DNA of 64,000 bases, taken from Acidimicrobiia bacterium. GTDB taxonomy: Bacteria; Actinomycetota; Acidimicrobiia; IMCC26256; PALSA-610. Under the pieces are notes generated by a model. The model had not been told where the DNA came from. It was given only the letters and a program-made list of their open reading frames with translations, and ran no database searches. The position numbers and the translations under genes were made by a program. Below, in pieces: positions 25,013 to 34,068 of this stretch. The stretch spans positions 99,217-163,216 of the forward strand of contig JBBQGQ010000005.1 in assembly GCA_038323195.1 (NCBI GenBank), given 5' to 3'. The first letter of the stretch is position 1, and every line of letters begins with the position of its first letter.

Positions 25013-26917
25013 TTACTGAGGTAGCGCGCGGAGGAACCCGGCGGCCAGGGGCGCGGCGACGCGGCCGCCCACACCGCCATCCTCGACGATCACCGCGAAT
25101 GCGACGTCGCCGCGGAAGCCGATGAACCACGCGTGGGTCCGGGGCGGGTTTGCGTTGCCGAACTCGGCCGTGCCCGTCTTGCCGAACGTGCCGGGAGGCA
25201 TACCCGCGCCGGCTGCCGTTCCGCCGGGTCGAACGACGCTCGCCATGAACGACTTCAGTGTCGAGTCGATACCCGGGTCGAGCGGGGCGACGACCGGGCC
25301 GGCGGCCGGTGCCGGCGCGGTGACGAGCGTCGGTGCGCGCCACCGCCCGTTGGCGACCGCCGCCGCGACCGACGCCATCTGAACGGGACTGGCGAGCACG
25401 CGTGCCTGCCCGATCGCCGACGCGGCGCGTTCGGCGCGGTCGCTGGGCGTCGGGTACGAACCGCCGGCCGCGTCGATGCCGAGTGACCAGTGCGCATTGA
25501 ACCCGAACGACGTCGCCGCCTTGCCGAGCGCGTCTGCGGGCAGTGCATCGGCCAGGCCGATGAACGCGTTGTTGCACGAGATCGCGAACGCGCCCGCGAG
25601 ATCGAGCGCGCCCGACGCCTCGCCCTCGAAGTTCGCGAACGACCGGCCGTCGACCGTGATCTTCGGCGGGCAGGGCGCGGGCGTCGAGCCGGTGTCGCCG
25701 GCGGCGAGCAGTCCCGCGGACGTGATGACCTTGAAGGTCGATCCCGGCGGGTACGTGCCCGCGAGCGCACGATCGAATCCGCCGTCGGGCTTCGAGACGA
25801 CGGCCCGGATCGCGCCCGTCGACGGGTCGATTGCAACCAGGGCCGCGTTGTTGGCGGTGACCCCGGCGAGGGCTGCTTCCGCGGCCTTCTGAGTTGCGGG
25901 ATCGATCGTCAGCCGCACCGATTGCCCCGCCTTGCCCGCGAAGCGCTCGAGCGTGCGTACGGTCGCGCCCTTGCCGTCGACGATCACGACGTCCGTGCTC
26001 GGCGTCCCGGCGAGCCGCCTCTCGTACACCGATTCCAGGCCGGAGAGCCCGACTCGATCGCCGACCGCGTAGGGCGAGCCGAGCTGGTGGAGCCGATCGG
26101 CCGTGATGTCGCCGACACTGCCGAGGATCTCCGCGCCGAGCGCCGTGTCGACCGTGACGACGCCCTGGGCGGCCCGGAAGATGATCCCGTTGATCGGAAC
26201 CAGTTGATCGTGGATGCGTTTGTAGCGGTCGGCCGGGAGCCGCGAGACCGTGACCACGGGCAGGAAGTAGAACGGGCGTACTCCGGGCGCGTGGAGCACG
26301 TTGTCGATGGTCGCCGGGTCGACCCCGAGCAACGACTTCATACCGAACTTCACGGCTGCGAGATCGGCCGGGGTCTTGATGTGATCGGGTTCGAGGCCGA
26401 CCTGCACGATTGCCTGGTCGCCGGCGAGCACGCTGCCGTCGGCGCCGAGGATCGGGGCGCGCGCGGGCCAGACTCGGTCGACCGTCAGGTGCTGGCCGGC
26501 GCCCAGACCCGGATAGAGATCGCTCGGATTCCACTTGATGCGCCAGCCCGCCTTCGAGTGGACGAGCGCGAGCGAACCGTCCCACTGGATCGCGCCCAAG
26601 CCCTTGAGCGCGACCTTGGCGTGGTACGTCGCGCTCGCCTCGGTTGCAGTGCCGGTGAGGCCAGTTCGCGTGTAGATCGCCGAACTGCCGGGAACCGCCC
26701 GCACCAGCCCGGACACCGCGGCGGCGAGATCGGTCGGCGGCGCGTCGAGGAGGGTGGCCATGTCGGCCGGGTCGCCGCGTGCCCAGGCGTGCAGGAAGGT
26801 GTCGACCTCCCGGCTCGGGAGCGTGAGCTTGTCCTTGTGGGTCTTCGCGACGACGACGCCCACGATGGTGCCGGCGACGACGAGGAGCGCCGCGAAGAAG
26901 ACGAGAGCGCGCTTCAT
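25013..26917 (-). CDS. class B penicillin-binding protein (transpeptidase) with NTF2-like N-terminal domain
   Basis: N-terminal TM helix and the motifs STFKV (SxxK), SCN (SxN) and KTGTAE (KTG). Confidence 0.9.
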   Translation of the reverse strand: MKRALVFFAALLVVAGTIVGVVVAKTHKDKLTLPSREVDTFLHAWARGDPADMATLLDAPPTDLAAAVSGLVRAVPGSSAIYTRTGLTGTATEASATYHAKVALKGLGAIQWDGSLALVHSKAGWRIKWNPSDLYPGLGAGQHLTVDRVWPARAPILGADGSVLAGDQAIVQVGLEPDHIKTPADLAAVKFGMKSLLGVDPATIDNVLHAPGVRPFYFLPVVTVSRLPADRYKRIHDQLVPINGIIFRAAQGVVTVDTALGAEILGSVGDITADRLHQLGSPYAVGDRVGLSGLESVYERRLAGTPSTDVVIVDGKGATVRTLERFAGKAGQSVRLTIDPATQKAAEAALAGVTANNAALVAIDPSTGAIRAVVSKPDGGFDRALAGTYPPGSTFKVITSAGLLAAGDTGSTPAPCPPKITVDGRSFANFEGEASGALDLAGAFAISCNNAFIGLADALPADALGKAATSFGFNAHWSLGIDAAGGSYPTPSDRAERAASAIGQARVLASPVQMASVAAAVANGRWRAPTLVTAPAPAAGPVVAPLDPGIDSTLKSFMASVVRPGGTAAGAGMPPGTFGKTGTAEFGNANPPRTHAWFIGFRGDVAFAVIVEDGGVGGRVAAPLAAGFLRALPQ

Positions 26918-27034
26918 CGGCCGCCAGTCTGGCCCAGGGGAGCCCGGAGCCGGGGGCGCGACCCGTCGGCCCGACCCGTCGAGATGCCGGGAGTGGGGCC
27001 GTCGTTCGACACGTCACGGCTCCGGGGACGAAGA

Positions 27035-27048
27035 TGGAACACGTTCTA
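27035..27048. promoter_or_regulatory. candidate TetR/KstR-type palindromic operator TGGAACACGTTCTA
   Basis: Matches the published KstR pattern TnnAACnnGTTnnA. It lies 60 nt upstream of the first gene of an acyl-CoA dehydrogenase pair. No kstR/TetR gene is present in the window. Confidence 0.35.
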
Positions 27049-27107
27049 TCCTGCGACCCCGCGACCCCTATCCCCCCGACCCTGTGTCGAGTAGTGCCGG
27101 AGGCCAG

Positions 27108-28286
27108 ATGTACGTCGGCTTGAGCAAGGAGCAAGAGGCGCTGCGCGACGAGCTACGCGCGTACTACGACGGACTGCTCACGCCGGAGGTCGAAGACGAT
27201 CTGCGCAAGGGCGAGGGAGTCGGTCAGGTCTCGAAGGACGTCTGGAAGCAGATGTGCCGCGACGGCTGGGCCGGCGTCGGATGGCCCAAGGAGTGGGGCG
27301 GCCGCGGCATGACGCCGATCGAGCAGTTCGTGTTCTTCGACGAGTCGATGCGCGCCGGCGCGCCGGTCCCGATGCTCACGATCAACTCGGTCGCGCCGAC
27401 GATCATGCGGTATGGCTCGGAGGAACAGAAGCGGTTCTTCGTCGACAAGATCCTGAAGGGCGAGATCCACTTCGCGATCGGCTACACGGAGTCCGACGCG
27501 GGTACCGACCTCGCGTCCTTGAAGACCCGCGCGGTGCGCGACGGCGACGAATACGTCATCAACGGCCAGAAGGTCTTCACGAGCTTGGCGAGCGGCGCCG
27601 ATTACGTCTGGCTCGCGGTCCGCACCAGCCAAGAGGCGAAGAAGCACAAGGGCATCTCGATCATCATCGTGCCCACCGACACGCCCGGGTTCTCGTACAA
27701 GAAGATCGACAACTTCGGCGACACCAACACGAACATCACCTATTACGAAGACGTTCGGGTCCCCGTCGGGAATCTGGTGGGCGAGGAGAACCAGGGTTGG
27801 TCGCTCATCACCAACCAGCTGAACCACGAGCGCGTGACGTTGTGCTCGTCGGGCGTCGTCGAGCGTCAACTCGACGACGTGCGTGACTGGGCGCAACACA
27901 CGAAGCTCGCCGACGGTCGCCGTGTGATCGACCAGGAATGGGTACAGGTCAATCTCGCCCGCGTGCACGCCAAGCTCGAGTTCCTGAAGCTCGCGAACTG
28001 GCGGGTGGCGTGGCTCGCGCAGAACGGTGAGGCGCTGAACCCGGCCGACGCGTCGTCGATCAAGGTGTACGGCACGGAGTTCTACATGGAAGCCGCACGC
28101 CTGCTGATGGAGATCATGCGCGATCAGGCGCCGCTGTCGGGCACGTCGCCCGGGGCAGTCGTGCGCGGACGGGTCGAGCGCATGCTGCGCGGGATGCACA
28201 TCTTGACCTTCGGCGGCGGCACCAACGAGATGCAACGAGACCTGATCGCGATCTTCGGGCTGAACATGCCCGGAAGCCCGCGCTGA
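27108..28286 (+). CDS. acyl-CoA dehydrogenase family protein (first of an adjacent pair)
   Basis: ATG at 27108 (MYVGLSKEQEALRDELRAYY...). ACAD fold. The C-terminal motif is FGGGTNEMQ, so there is no canonical YEGT glutamate. Confidence 0.9.
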   Translation: MYVGLSKEQEALRDELRAYYDGLLTPEVEDDLRKGEGVGQVSKDVWKQMCRDGWAGVGWPKEWGGRGMTPIEQFVFFDESMRAGAPVPMLTINSVAPTIMRYGSEEQKRFFVDKILKGEIHFAIGYTESDAGTDLASLKTRAVRDGDEYVINGQKVFTSLASGADYVWLAVRTSQEAKKHKGISIIIVPTDTPGFSYKKIDNFGDTNTNITYYEDVRVPVGNLVGEENQGWSLITNQLNHERVTLCSSGVVERQLDDVRDWAQHTKLADGRRVIDQEWVQVNLARVHAKLEFLKLANWRVAWLAQNGEALNPADASSIKVYGTEFYMEAARLLMEIMRDQAPLSGTSPGAVVRGRVERMLRGMHILTFGGGTNEMQRDLIAIFGLNMPGSPR

Positions 28287-28302
28287 CCCCAGGAGACGCA
28301 CC

Positions 28303-29424
28303 GTGGACTTCGCACTTTCCGAGGAACAGCAGGAGCTCGCCGGTCTGGCCGCGCGCATCCTCGAGGACCGGATGACGTTGCCGCACCTGAAGGAGCGCGA
28401 CCGGTCCGACGACTGGTACGACCTCGACACCTGGCGCGAGTTCGCGAAGGCGAACCTGCTGGGCATCGCGTTGCCCGAAACCGTCGGCGGGCTCGGGTTC
28501 GGCTTCGTCGACCTGTGCATGGTGTTGCGCGAGGTCGGCCGCAACGTCGCGCCGCTCCCGATGATCCCTACCCTCGTCAGCGCGGCGATGCCCATCGCGC
28601 GTTTCGGTACCGACGCGCAGCGCGCGGTGCTGTCGAAGGTCGTGGCGGGCGACCTGTTGCTCACCGCCGCACTCGTCGAGTACGGCAGCGAGTCGGACCA
28701 GCCGGCCACCACCGCGACGCGTGACGGCGACGGTTGGCGACTCGACGGGTTGAAGGGGAGCGTGCCCGGAGCCGGCGCCGCCGAGCTGATCGTGGTGCCC
28801 GCCCGCGTCGACGGCGGCGTCGGCATCTTCCTCGTCCCCGCCAACGCGGCCGGCGTCACGCTGCAACGCCAGCAGATCATGAACCACGAGCCGCTTTTCG
28901 AGCTCCGGCTCGACGGTGTGCGCGTCGCTGACGACGCCCGGCTCGGATCCGCCGAGCAGGGCCGCGAGATCCTCGCGTTCATGCTCAATCGCACAACGGT
29001 CGCGACCTGCGCCGTGGTCTCCGGTGTCGCCGACAAGGCGCTGCGCCTGACTGCCCACTACACGACGGAGCGCAAGCAGTTCGACCGCGCGATCGGGACG
29101 TTCCAGGCCGTCGGCCAGCGCATGGCCGACTGTTACATCGACAATCAGGCGATCGAGCTCACGATGCTGCAGGCGGCGACGCACCTCGACGAGGGCCGCG
29201 ACGACCCGCTCGAGGTCGCGACCGCGAAGTTCTGGGCGGCCGACGGCGGGAACCGGATCGCGCACGCCGCGCTCCACATCCACGGCGGGGTGAGCATCGA
29301 CGTCGACTTCCCGATCCACCGGTACTTCCTGTGGCTGAAGCGCTACGAGTTCTCGCTCGGGTCGGCCACGCCGGAACTGCTCCGCATCGGCGAGGTCCTC
29401 GCCGACACGCCCGTCTCCCACTGA
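28303..29424 (+). CDS. acyl-CoA dehydrogenase family protein (second of the pair)
   Basis: GTG start 16 nt after the previous stop. 373 aa with an ACAD fold (MDFALSEEQQELAGLAARIL...). Confidence 0.85.
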   Translation: MDFALSEEQQELAGLAARILEDRMTLPHLKERDRSDDWYDLDTWREFAKANLLGIALPETVGGLGFGFVDLCMVLREVGRNVAPLPMIPTLVSAAMPIARFGTDAQRAVLSKVVAGDLLLTAALVEYGSESDQPATTATRDGDGWRLDGLKGSVPGAGAAELIVVPARVDGGVGIFLVPANAAGVTLQRQQIMNHEPLFELRLDGVRVADDARLGSAEQGREILAFMLNRTTVATCAVVSGVADKALRLTAHYTTERKQFDRAIGTFQAVGQRMADCYIDNQAIELTMLQAATHLDEGRDDPLEVATAKFWAADGGNRIAHAALHIHGGVSIDVDFPIHRYFLWLKRYEFSLGSATPELLRIGEVLADTPVSH

Positions 29425-29444
29425 ACGGCGCCTCGAGCAGTGCG

Positions 29445-30206
29445 TCAGTCGCGGGCGGCGCGCAAGAGTCGTTCTACCGGCGCAAGATCGAACGGGGGTC
29501 CGACCATCACGATCAGGTGGTCGGCACGCGCGTCGAGATACGCGGGCCACGTGTCGACCTCGGTGGTGTTGATGGCGACGGTGCGCTCGACCTGACTCGG
29601 CTTGCGGTCGAGGCGGGCGCACCACTCGTCGAGCACCTGGTTCTTGCGTGCGAAGCTCTCGGGCGGCCCGAAGGTGTTCCACGCGTCGGCGTACTCCGCG
29701 ACGAGCCGCAACGTCACCTTCTCGCCGCTCCCACCGATCAGGATCGGGAGCCGGCCACGGGGCGGCGGTTCGAGGCGGCTCAAACGATCCATGATGACCG
29801 GCAGATCGCGGTTCAGGTCGCGCAACCGTGATGGCCCCGTCCCGAACTCGTAGCCGTAGACGCGGTAATCGCGTTCGAACCAGCCCGAGCCGATGCCGAG
29901 CACGAAGCGCCCGTCGCTGATGTGGTCGATGGTGCGGGCCATGTCGGCGAGCAGGTTCGGATTGCGATACGAGTTGCACGTGACGAGTGCGCCGAGCTGC
30001 GCGTGATGCGTGTCGGCGGCCATCGCGGCGAGCAATGTGTACGCCTCGAAGTGGGCGGCGTCGGGATCGCCGTAGAGCGGGAAGAAGTGGTCCCAGAGCC
30101 AGATGCTGTCGACCTCGAGCGCGTCGGCGGCGTTCCACGCGGCGCGTAGTTGCTCGACGGTCGTGGCTTGCGGGTGCAGCTGTACACCAACCTTGAATCG
30201 AGCCAT
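29445..30206 (-). CDS. LLM-class (luciferase-like) F420-dependent oxidoreductase
   Basis: 253 aa. MARFKVGVQL...DSIWLWDHFF...LGIGSGWFERDY is typical of the short LLM F420 subfamily. Confidence 0.8.
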   Translation of the reverse strand: MARFKVGVQLHPQATTVEQLRAAWNAADALEVDSIWLWDHFFPLYGDPDAAHFEAYTLLAAMAADTHHAQLGALVTCNSYRNPNLLADMARTIDHISDGRFVLGIGSGWFERDYRVYGYEFGTGPSRLRDLNRDLPVIMDRLSRLEPPPRGRLPILIGGSGEKVTLRLVAEYADAWNTFGPPESFARKNQVLDEWCARLDRKPSQVERTVAINTTEVDTWPAYLDARADHLIVMVGPPFDLAPVERLLRAARD

Positions 30207-30224
30207 GGGCCCGACGCTACCCTC

Positions 30225-30268
30225 GACTACCGATCTTGCAGCTCGTGACTACCGATCTTGCAGCTCGA
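30225..30268. repeat. 22-bp tandem duplication (21/22 identical) spanning a stop codon
   Basis: GACTACCGATCTTGCAGCTCGT occurs at 30225-30246 and again, with one change, at 30247-30268. The second copy holds the last codons and TAG of rnd (minus strand). Confidence 0.95.
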
Positions 30269-31388
30269 TGCGGCGTCCGCCGTCTCGCAGCAGGAGCGCG
30301 GCATCGCCGCGCAGCAGTCGTTGCAATGGCTCGCCGACCAGATCGGCTCGCCAGCCCGTCGCCAGCCGGCTCGGTCGATCCTGCAACATCTGCGTGAGCT
30401 CGGCCCGCGTTGCGAGCAACGCGGGGTCGAGATCCAGCTCGGACGCGCGTTGGGCCAACCACGCACCGAGCACCGTTACCGCCGGTGCGAGCGACCGATC
30501 GATCCGGTCGGACTCGGGAAGCCGCAGCTCCGACGCCGGGAGCTCGATGCCGGCCGCGATCGCGCTGAGCAGCTCCTTGGCCGTGTTGTCTCGCAACCGT
30601 CCGTCGATGCCGCGGATGCCCGTGAGATCGTCACGGTTGCGCGGCGGGCGCTGTACGACACCCGCCAGCGCGAGGTCGGAGAGCACGTAGCGGGCAGGTA
30701 CATCGAGACCCTCGGCCGTCCGTTCGCGCCACGCCGCGACCTTCTGCGCGACACCGCGTCCGCTGCCGCGTAACTGGCGTGCGCCCTTGATCCGCCACCA
30801 CGCAGTCTCGGCGTCGGGTCGCGTTCGGATGCGCTGCCGCCGCTCCTCGCACTCGTCGGTGGCCCACTCGAGCCGGCCGACCGCGTCGAGTCGACGTACG
30901 AGCTCGTCGTGCAACGGCAAGAGGTGCTCGACGTCGGCCGCCGCGTACACGCGCTGGTCGGCGCTCAGAGGCCGGCGCGTCCAATCGGTGAGCCGGTCGC
31001 CCTTGGTGAGCCGGGTGCCGAGCAACCGCTCGACGGTCGCCGCCAGCGAAGGGGTTCCCATCCCGATGAAGCCCGCGGCGACCTGCGTGTCGAACAGCTT
31101 CGAAGGCGCGCATCCGCACGCGCGCTCGAGGATCGTCAGATCCTGGTCGGCGGCGTGCGCGACCATGCAGCCGTCTCCGGCGAGGAGCTCGCCGAGGGGA
31201 GAAGGGTCGACCGACAGCGGGTCGACCAGCGCGACACCTTCAGGCCAGGCGATCTGGATCAGCGCGAGATGGGGCCAGTACGAGCGCTCGCCGTGGAACT
31301 CGGTGTCGAGCGCGTAGCGCGGCTCGCGGGCGAGGGTGCGGACGAGCTCGGCCAGCTCGGCCTGAGCGTCGATCCAGAGGAGTTCCAC
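30249..31388 (-). CDS. rnd: ribonuclease D
   Basis: 379 aa with a DEDD exonuclease motif (YALDTEF), followed by an HRDC-like region. Confidence 0.85.
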   Translation of the reverse strand: MELLWIDAQAELAELVRTLAREPRYALDTEFHGERSYWPHLALIQIAWPEGVALVDPLSVDPSPLGELLAGDGCMVAHAADQDLTILERACGCAPSKLFDTQVAAGFIGMGTPSLAATVERLLGTRLTKGDRLTDWTRRPLSADQRVYAAADVEHLLPLHDELVRRLDAVGRLEWATDECEERRQRIRTRPDAETAWWRIKGARQLRGSGRGVAQKVAAWRERTAEGLDVPARYVLSDLALAGVVQRPPRNRDDLTGIRGIDGRLRDNTAKELLSAIAAGIELPASELRLPESDRIDRSLAPAVTVLGAWLAQRASELDLDPALLATRAELTQMLQDRPSRLATGWRADLVGEPLQRLLRGDAALLLRDGGRRIELQDR

Positions 31389-31466
31389 GGCACAAGCTTG
31401 CCTCGCGAGCAGGCCCGCCCGCCGCCTTGCCCACGCGTCCCGCGCGGCGGGTGGTTGCCCCGGCCC

Positions 31467-32375
31467 TCATCGGAGCTCGGACCGCACCGCCGCGAGTTGC
31501 TCGAACGACCGCAACACCGGCGCCTGGTCGTCGGCGAGGTGACGCACGATGACGTCGGTGCAACCCGACGCCTGCAGGCCCTCGAACGCGTCGGCCACTC
31601 GGCTCGGTCCGCCGACGACCACCGCGGACGGGTCGAAGCCGCGATACCCACCGGCGATGATCGGATCGGCGACTGCGGCCGCCTCTTCGTCGGTCGCGGC
31701 GACGTGCACGTCCCGGCGCACCGCGATGCGGTTCGGTGCACGGCCGTGCCGCTCACATGCTTCGCGGTAGCTCTGTACGAGCGCCCCGACCTCGGTCGGG
31801 GTCGCCTCGGGCCCGATCAGGAAGGCATCACCGAGTCGGGCGGCGCGATCGATCGCGGGCGGAGACGCCGCGCCGATCCAGACCTCCAGCGGTTCCGGCG
31901 GCACCGGAGCGATGTGCGCCCGGTCGATCTTCCATAGTCCGTCGAGGGCCGTCACCGCCTCACCTCGGCACAACGCCCGCACGATCTCGAGCGCGGCCTC
32001 GAAACGCCGGGCGCGCTCGCGCAACGAGGTGTCGAAGACGCGGAACTGCTCGTCGCCCGCTCCGACCGCGCACTGCAGGACGAAGGGCCCGCGAGCGATC
32101 GCGGCGAGCGTGCCGATCTGCTCCGCGAGCAGCACTGGATGCCACAACGGCAACAGGAACAGCGCGCCCGCAGGCCGGTCGTCCCACTCGGCGAGTAGCC
32201 GTCCGAGGATCGGGACGTTCTGGTAGTAGGGCACGGGGACGTTGTGGTGGTCGCCGACGAAGAGGCTGTCGAGGCCGGCGTCGGCCGCGGCTCGCGCCCG
32301 TTCGACCATCCACCGCGCCCCGACCCGGGCGTCCATGGGCGCATACCCGCTCCGCAACGACACGCCTACTCGCAT
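31467..32375 (-). CDS. LLM-class flavin/F420-dependent oxidoreductase
   Basis: 302 aa. MRVGVSLRSG...DSLFVGDHH... indicates a luciferase-like TIM barrel. Confidence 0.8.
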   Translation of the reverse strand: MRVGVSLRSGYAPMDARVGARWMVERARAAADAGLDSLFVGDHHNVPVPYYQNVPILGRLLAEWDDRPAGALFLLPLWHPVLLAEQIGTLAAIARGPFVLQCAVGAGDEQFRVFDTSLRERARRFEAALEIVRALCRGEAVTALDGLWKIDRAHIAPVPPEPLEVWIGAASPPAIDRAARLGDAFLIGPEATPTEVGALVQSYREACERHGRAPNRIAVRRDVHVAATDEEAAAVADPIIAGGYRGFDPSAVVVGGPSRVADAFEGLQASGCTDVIVRHLADDQAPVLRSFEQLAAVRSELR

Positions 32376-32545
32376 GGCTCCCTCGCTGCGGCAAACCCTT
32401 CGGCCTGGCTCCGCTGCGTCCGCACGGTTTTCATGGCTCCCTCGCTGCGGCGCGCCCTTCGGCGCGCCTCCGCTGCGTCCGCACGGTTTTCATGGCTTCC
32501 TCGCTGCGGCGCGCCCTTGGGCGCGCCTCCGCTGCGTCCGCACGG
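32373..32545. repeat. 59-bp tandem repeat x3 beginning at the start codon of the LLM gene
   Basis: Units at 32373-32431, 32432-32490 and 32491-32545 (the last lacks ~4 nt). Units 2 and 3 carry the hairpin GGCGCGCC-CTTC/CTTG-GGCGCGCC. On the minus strand each unit ends with AGGGAGCC-ATG. Confidence 0.95.
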
Positions 32546-32571
32546 GTGCAGCCTCGCGCGAAGATGCATGC

Positions 32572-33084
32572 ATGGCGACTCTCGAACGTGATCTCACAGC
32601 CCTCGCGAAGCGTCGCGCCGAGCTGCGCGCGCAGTTCCTACGGGACGAGCGGCCCGAATCGAACGGTGGCGGCGTGCATCACCTTGCTTTGATCTGCGCC
32701 GATCCGGAGCGGACGATTCGCTTCTACCAGGAAGTGCTCGGCTTTCCCCTCGTCGAGCTCTTCGAGAACCGCGACTACGAAGGCTCGTCCCACTTCTTCT
32801 TCGACATCGGTGCGGGCAACATGCTCGCATTCTTCGACTTCCCGGGCCTGGGCCTCGAGCCCGTGCCCGAAGGACTCGGCGGGGTGCAGCACGTCGCCAT
32901 CTCGGTGACGCCGCCGACGTTCGAGATGCTGAAGCGCAGGCTCGACGACGCGGGCGTCGCGTACATCGGGCCCGACCGCGGCATCAAGGAGTCGGTGTAC
33001 TTCAAGGATCCGGACGGCATTCAGGTCGAGCTCATTCGCCAGCCGTTGATGGAAGTGCCCGAGAGCGCGCCGACGGAGGGTTGA
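32572..33084 (+). CDS. VOC (glyoxalase/bleomycin-resistance/dioxygenase) family protein
   Basis: ATG at 32572. GVHHLALICADPERTIRFYQEVLGF...GVQHVAISV...SVYFKDPDGIQVEL shows the paired beta-alpha-beta-beta-beta modules. Confidence 0.85.
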   Translation: MATLERDLTALAKRRAELRAQFLRDERPESNGGGVHHLALICADPERTIRFYQEVLGFPLVELFENRDYEGSSHFFFDIGAGNMLAFFDFPGLGLEPVPEGLGGVQHVAISVTPPTFEMLKRRLDDAGVAYIGPDRGIKESVYFKDPDGIQVELIRQPLMEVPESAPTEG

Positions 33085-33099
33085 TTCCGGGCGTCAGAG

Positions 33100-33888
33100 C
33101 TAGCCGAGCTCGACGAGCCATTTGAGGTGCGCGTCGGTGAGCCACGTCTGCAGATGCAGGCTCAGGCGCGACAACTCGTCGAACATCAGCAGCAATCCGA
33201 AGGCGCCGATGATCACCGCGGAGCCGCCGACGATGAGCACGAAGTGGCGCTTCACCCAGCCGAGCGCTCCGCCGAGCCGGCCGAGCAGCAAACCACTGAG
33301 CAGGAACGGCAAGCCGAGACCGAGCGAGTAGACCGCGAGCAGGGTGCCGCCGGCCCAGACCCGGTGCTGGTTCGCGGCGATGCCGAGTATCGAGCCCAGG
33401 ATCGGGCCGATGCACGGAGACCAACCGAAGCCGAACGCCACGCCGGCGATCGCCGGCGCCGCGTTGCCGAAACGCCCGAGCTGCGGATGGAAGCGCTTCT
33501 CCTGGTACAGCCAGGGCGCGCGGAGGAACAGCGACCCGAGGAGGAACAACGCCATCGAGAGCATCACGGTGCCCGACAGGCGCGTCAGCACGCTCTGGTG
33601 ATCTCTCAGCAATTGACCGAGTCCGGTAGCCGACAACCCGAGGGCGACGAACACCGCGCCGAATCCGGCGACGAACCACGCAGTGGTCGTGACGATGCGC
33701 CCGGCGTGCACGCGCGAATGGTCTTGTAGCTCGGCGAGGTCGAGACCCGTGACCATCGAGAGATAGCCGGGGACGAGCGGGAGCACGCACGGCGACAGGA
33801 ACGACACGACCCCGCCGCCGAACGCCGCAAGGTATGCGAGCACGTTGACGTCGCTGAAGCGAGCGCCGAGCGCGAGGAGCGCCATCAC
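33100..33888 (-). CDS. ccdA: cytochrome c biogenesis protein CcdA (DsbD-family thiol-disulfide transporter)
   Basis: 262 aa, polytopic, with the conserved LSPCVLPLVPGYL and WSPCIGPILG motifs. Confidence 0.9.
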   Translation of the reverse strand: MMALLALGARFSDVNVLAYLAAFGGGVVSFLSPCVLPLVPGYLSMVTGLDLAELQDHSRVHAGRIVTTTAWFVAGFGAVFVALGLSATGLGQLLRDHQSVLTRLSGTVMLSMALFLLGSLFLRAPWLYQEKRFHPQLGRFGNAAPAIAGVAFGFGWSPCIGPILGSILGIAANQHRVWAGGTLLAVYSLGLGLPFLLSGLLLGRLGGALGWVKRHFVLIVGGSAVIIGAFGLLLMFDELSRLSLHLQTWLTDAHLKWLVELG

Positions 33889-34068
33889 CGGGTTCCCGTC
33901 ACCAGTCGCCCTTCACACGATCCCGAGCACTCGATCCCCAACACCCGTTCATTGTGGGCGATTGGTCGTGCGCCCGGCGCACCAGAGCGACCGGGCCGCA
34001 CGGGCACGGCCGCGGGCCGGTTGCGTAGGCTCCCGGGCGGTTTTCGCCGGACGATCGAAAGGTGTCAC

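Noticed and set aside
32373-32545. The 59-bp x3 array, and the other tandem arrays, as CRISPR loci.
   Set aside because: The units are directly adjacent with no unique spacers, there are only 2-5 copies, no cas genes are present, and the unit lengths do not fit.
33889-34068. The 180-bp ccdA/SDR divergent spacer and the 190-bp PBP/ACAD spacer as carriers of small RNAs.
   Set aside because: Apart from the single KstR-like palindrome at 27035, I saw no terminator, no conserved-looking motif and no repeat. The lengths are ordinary for divergent promoters.
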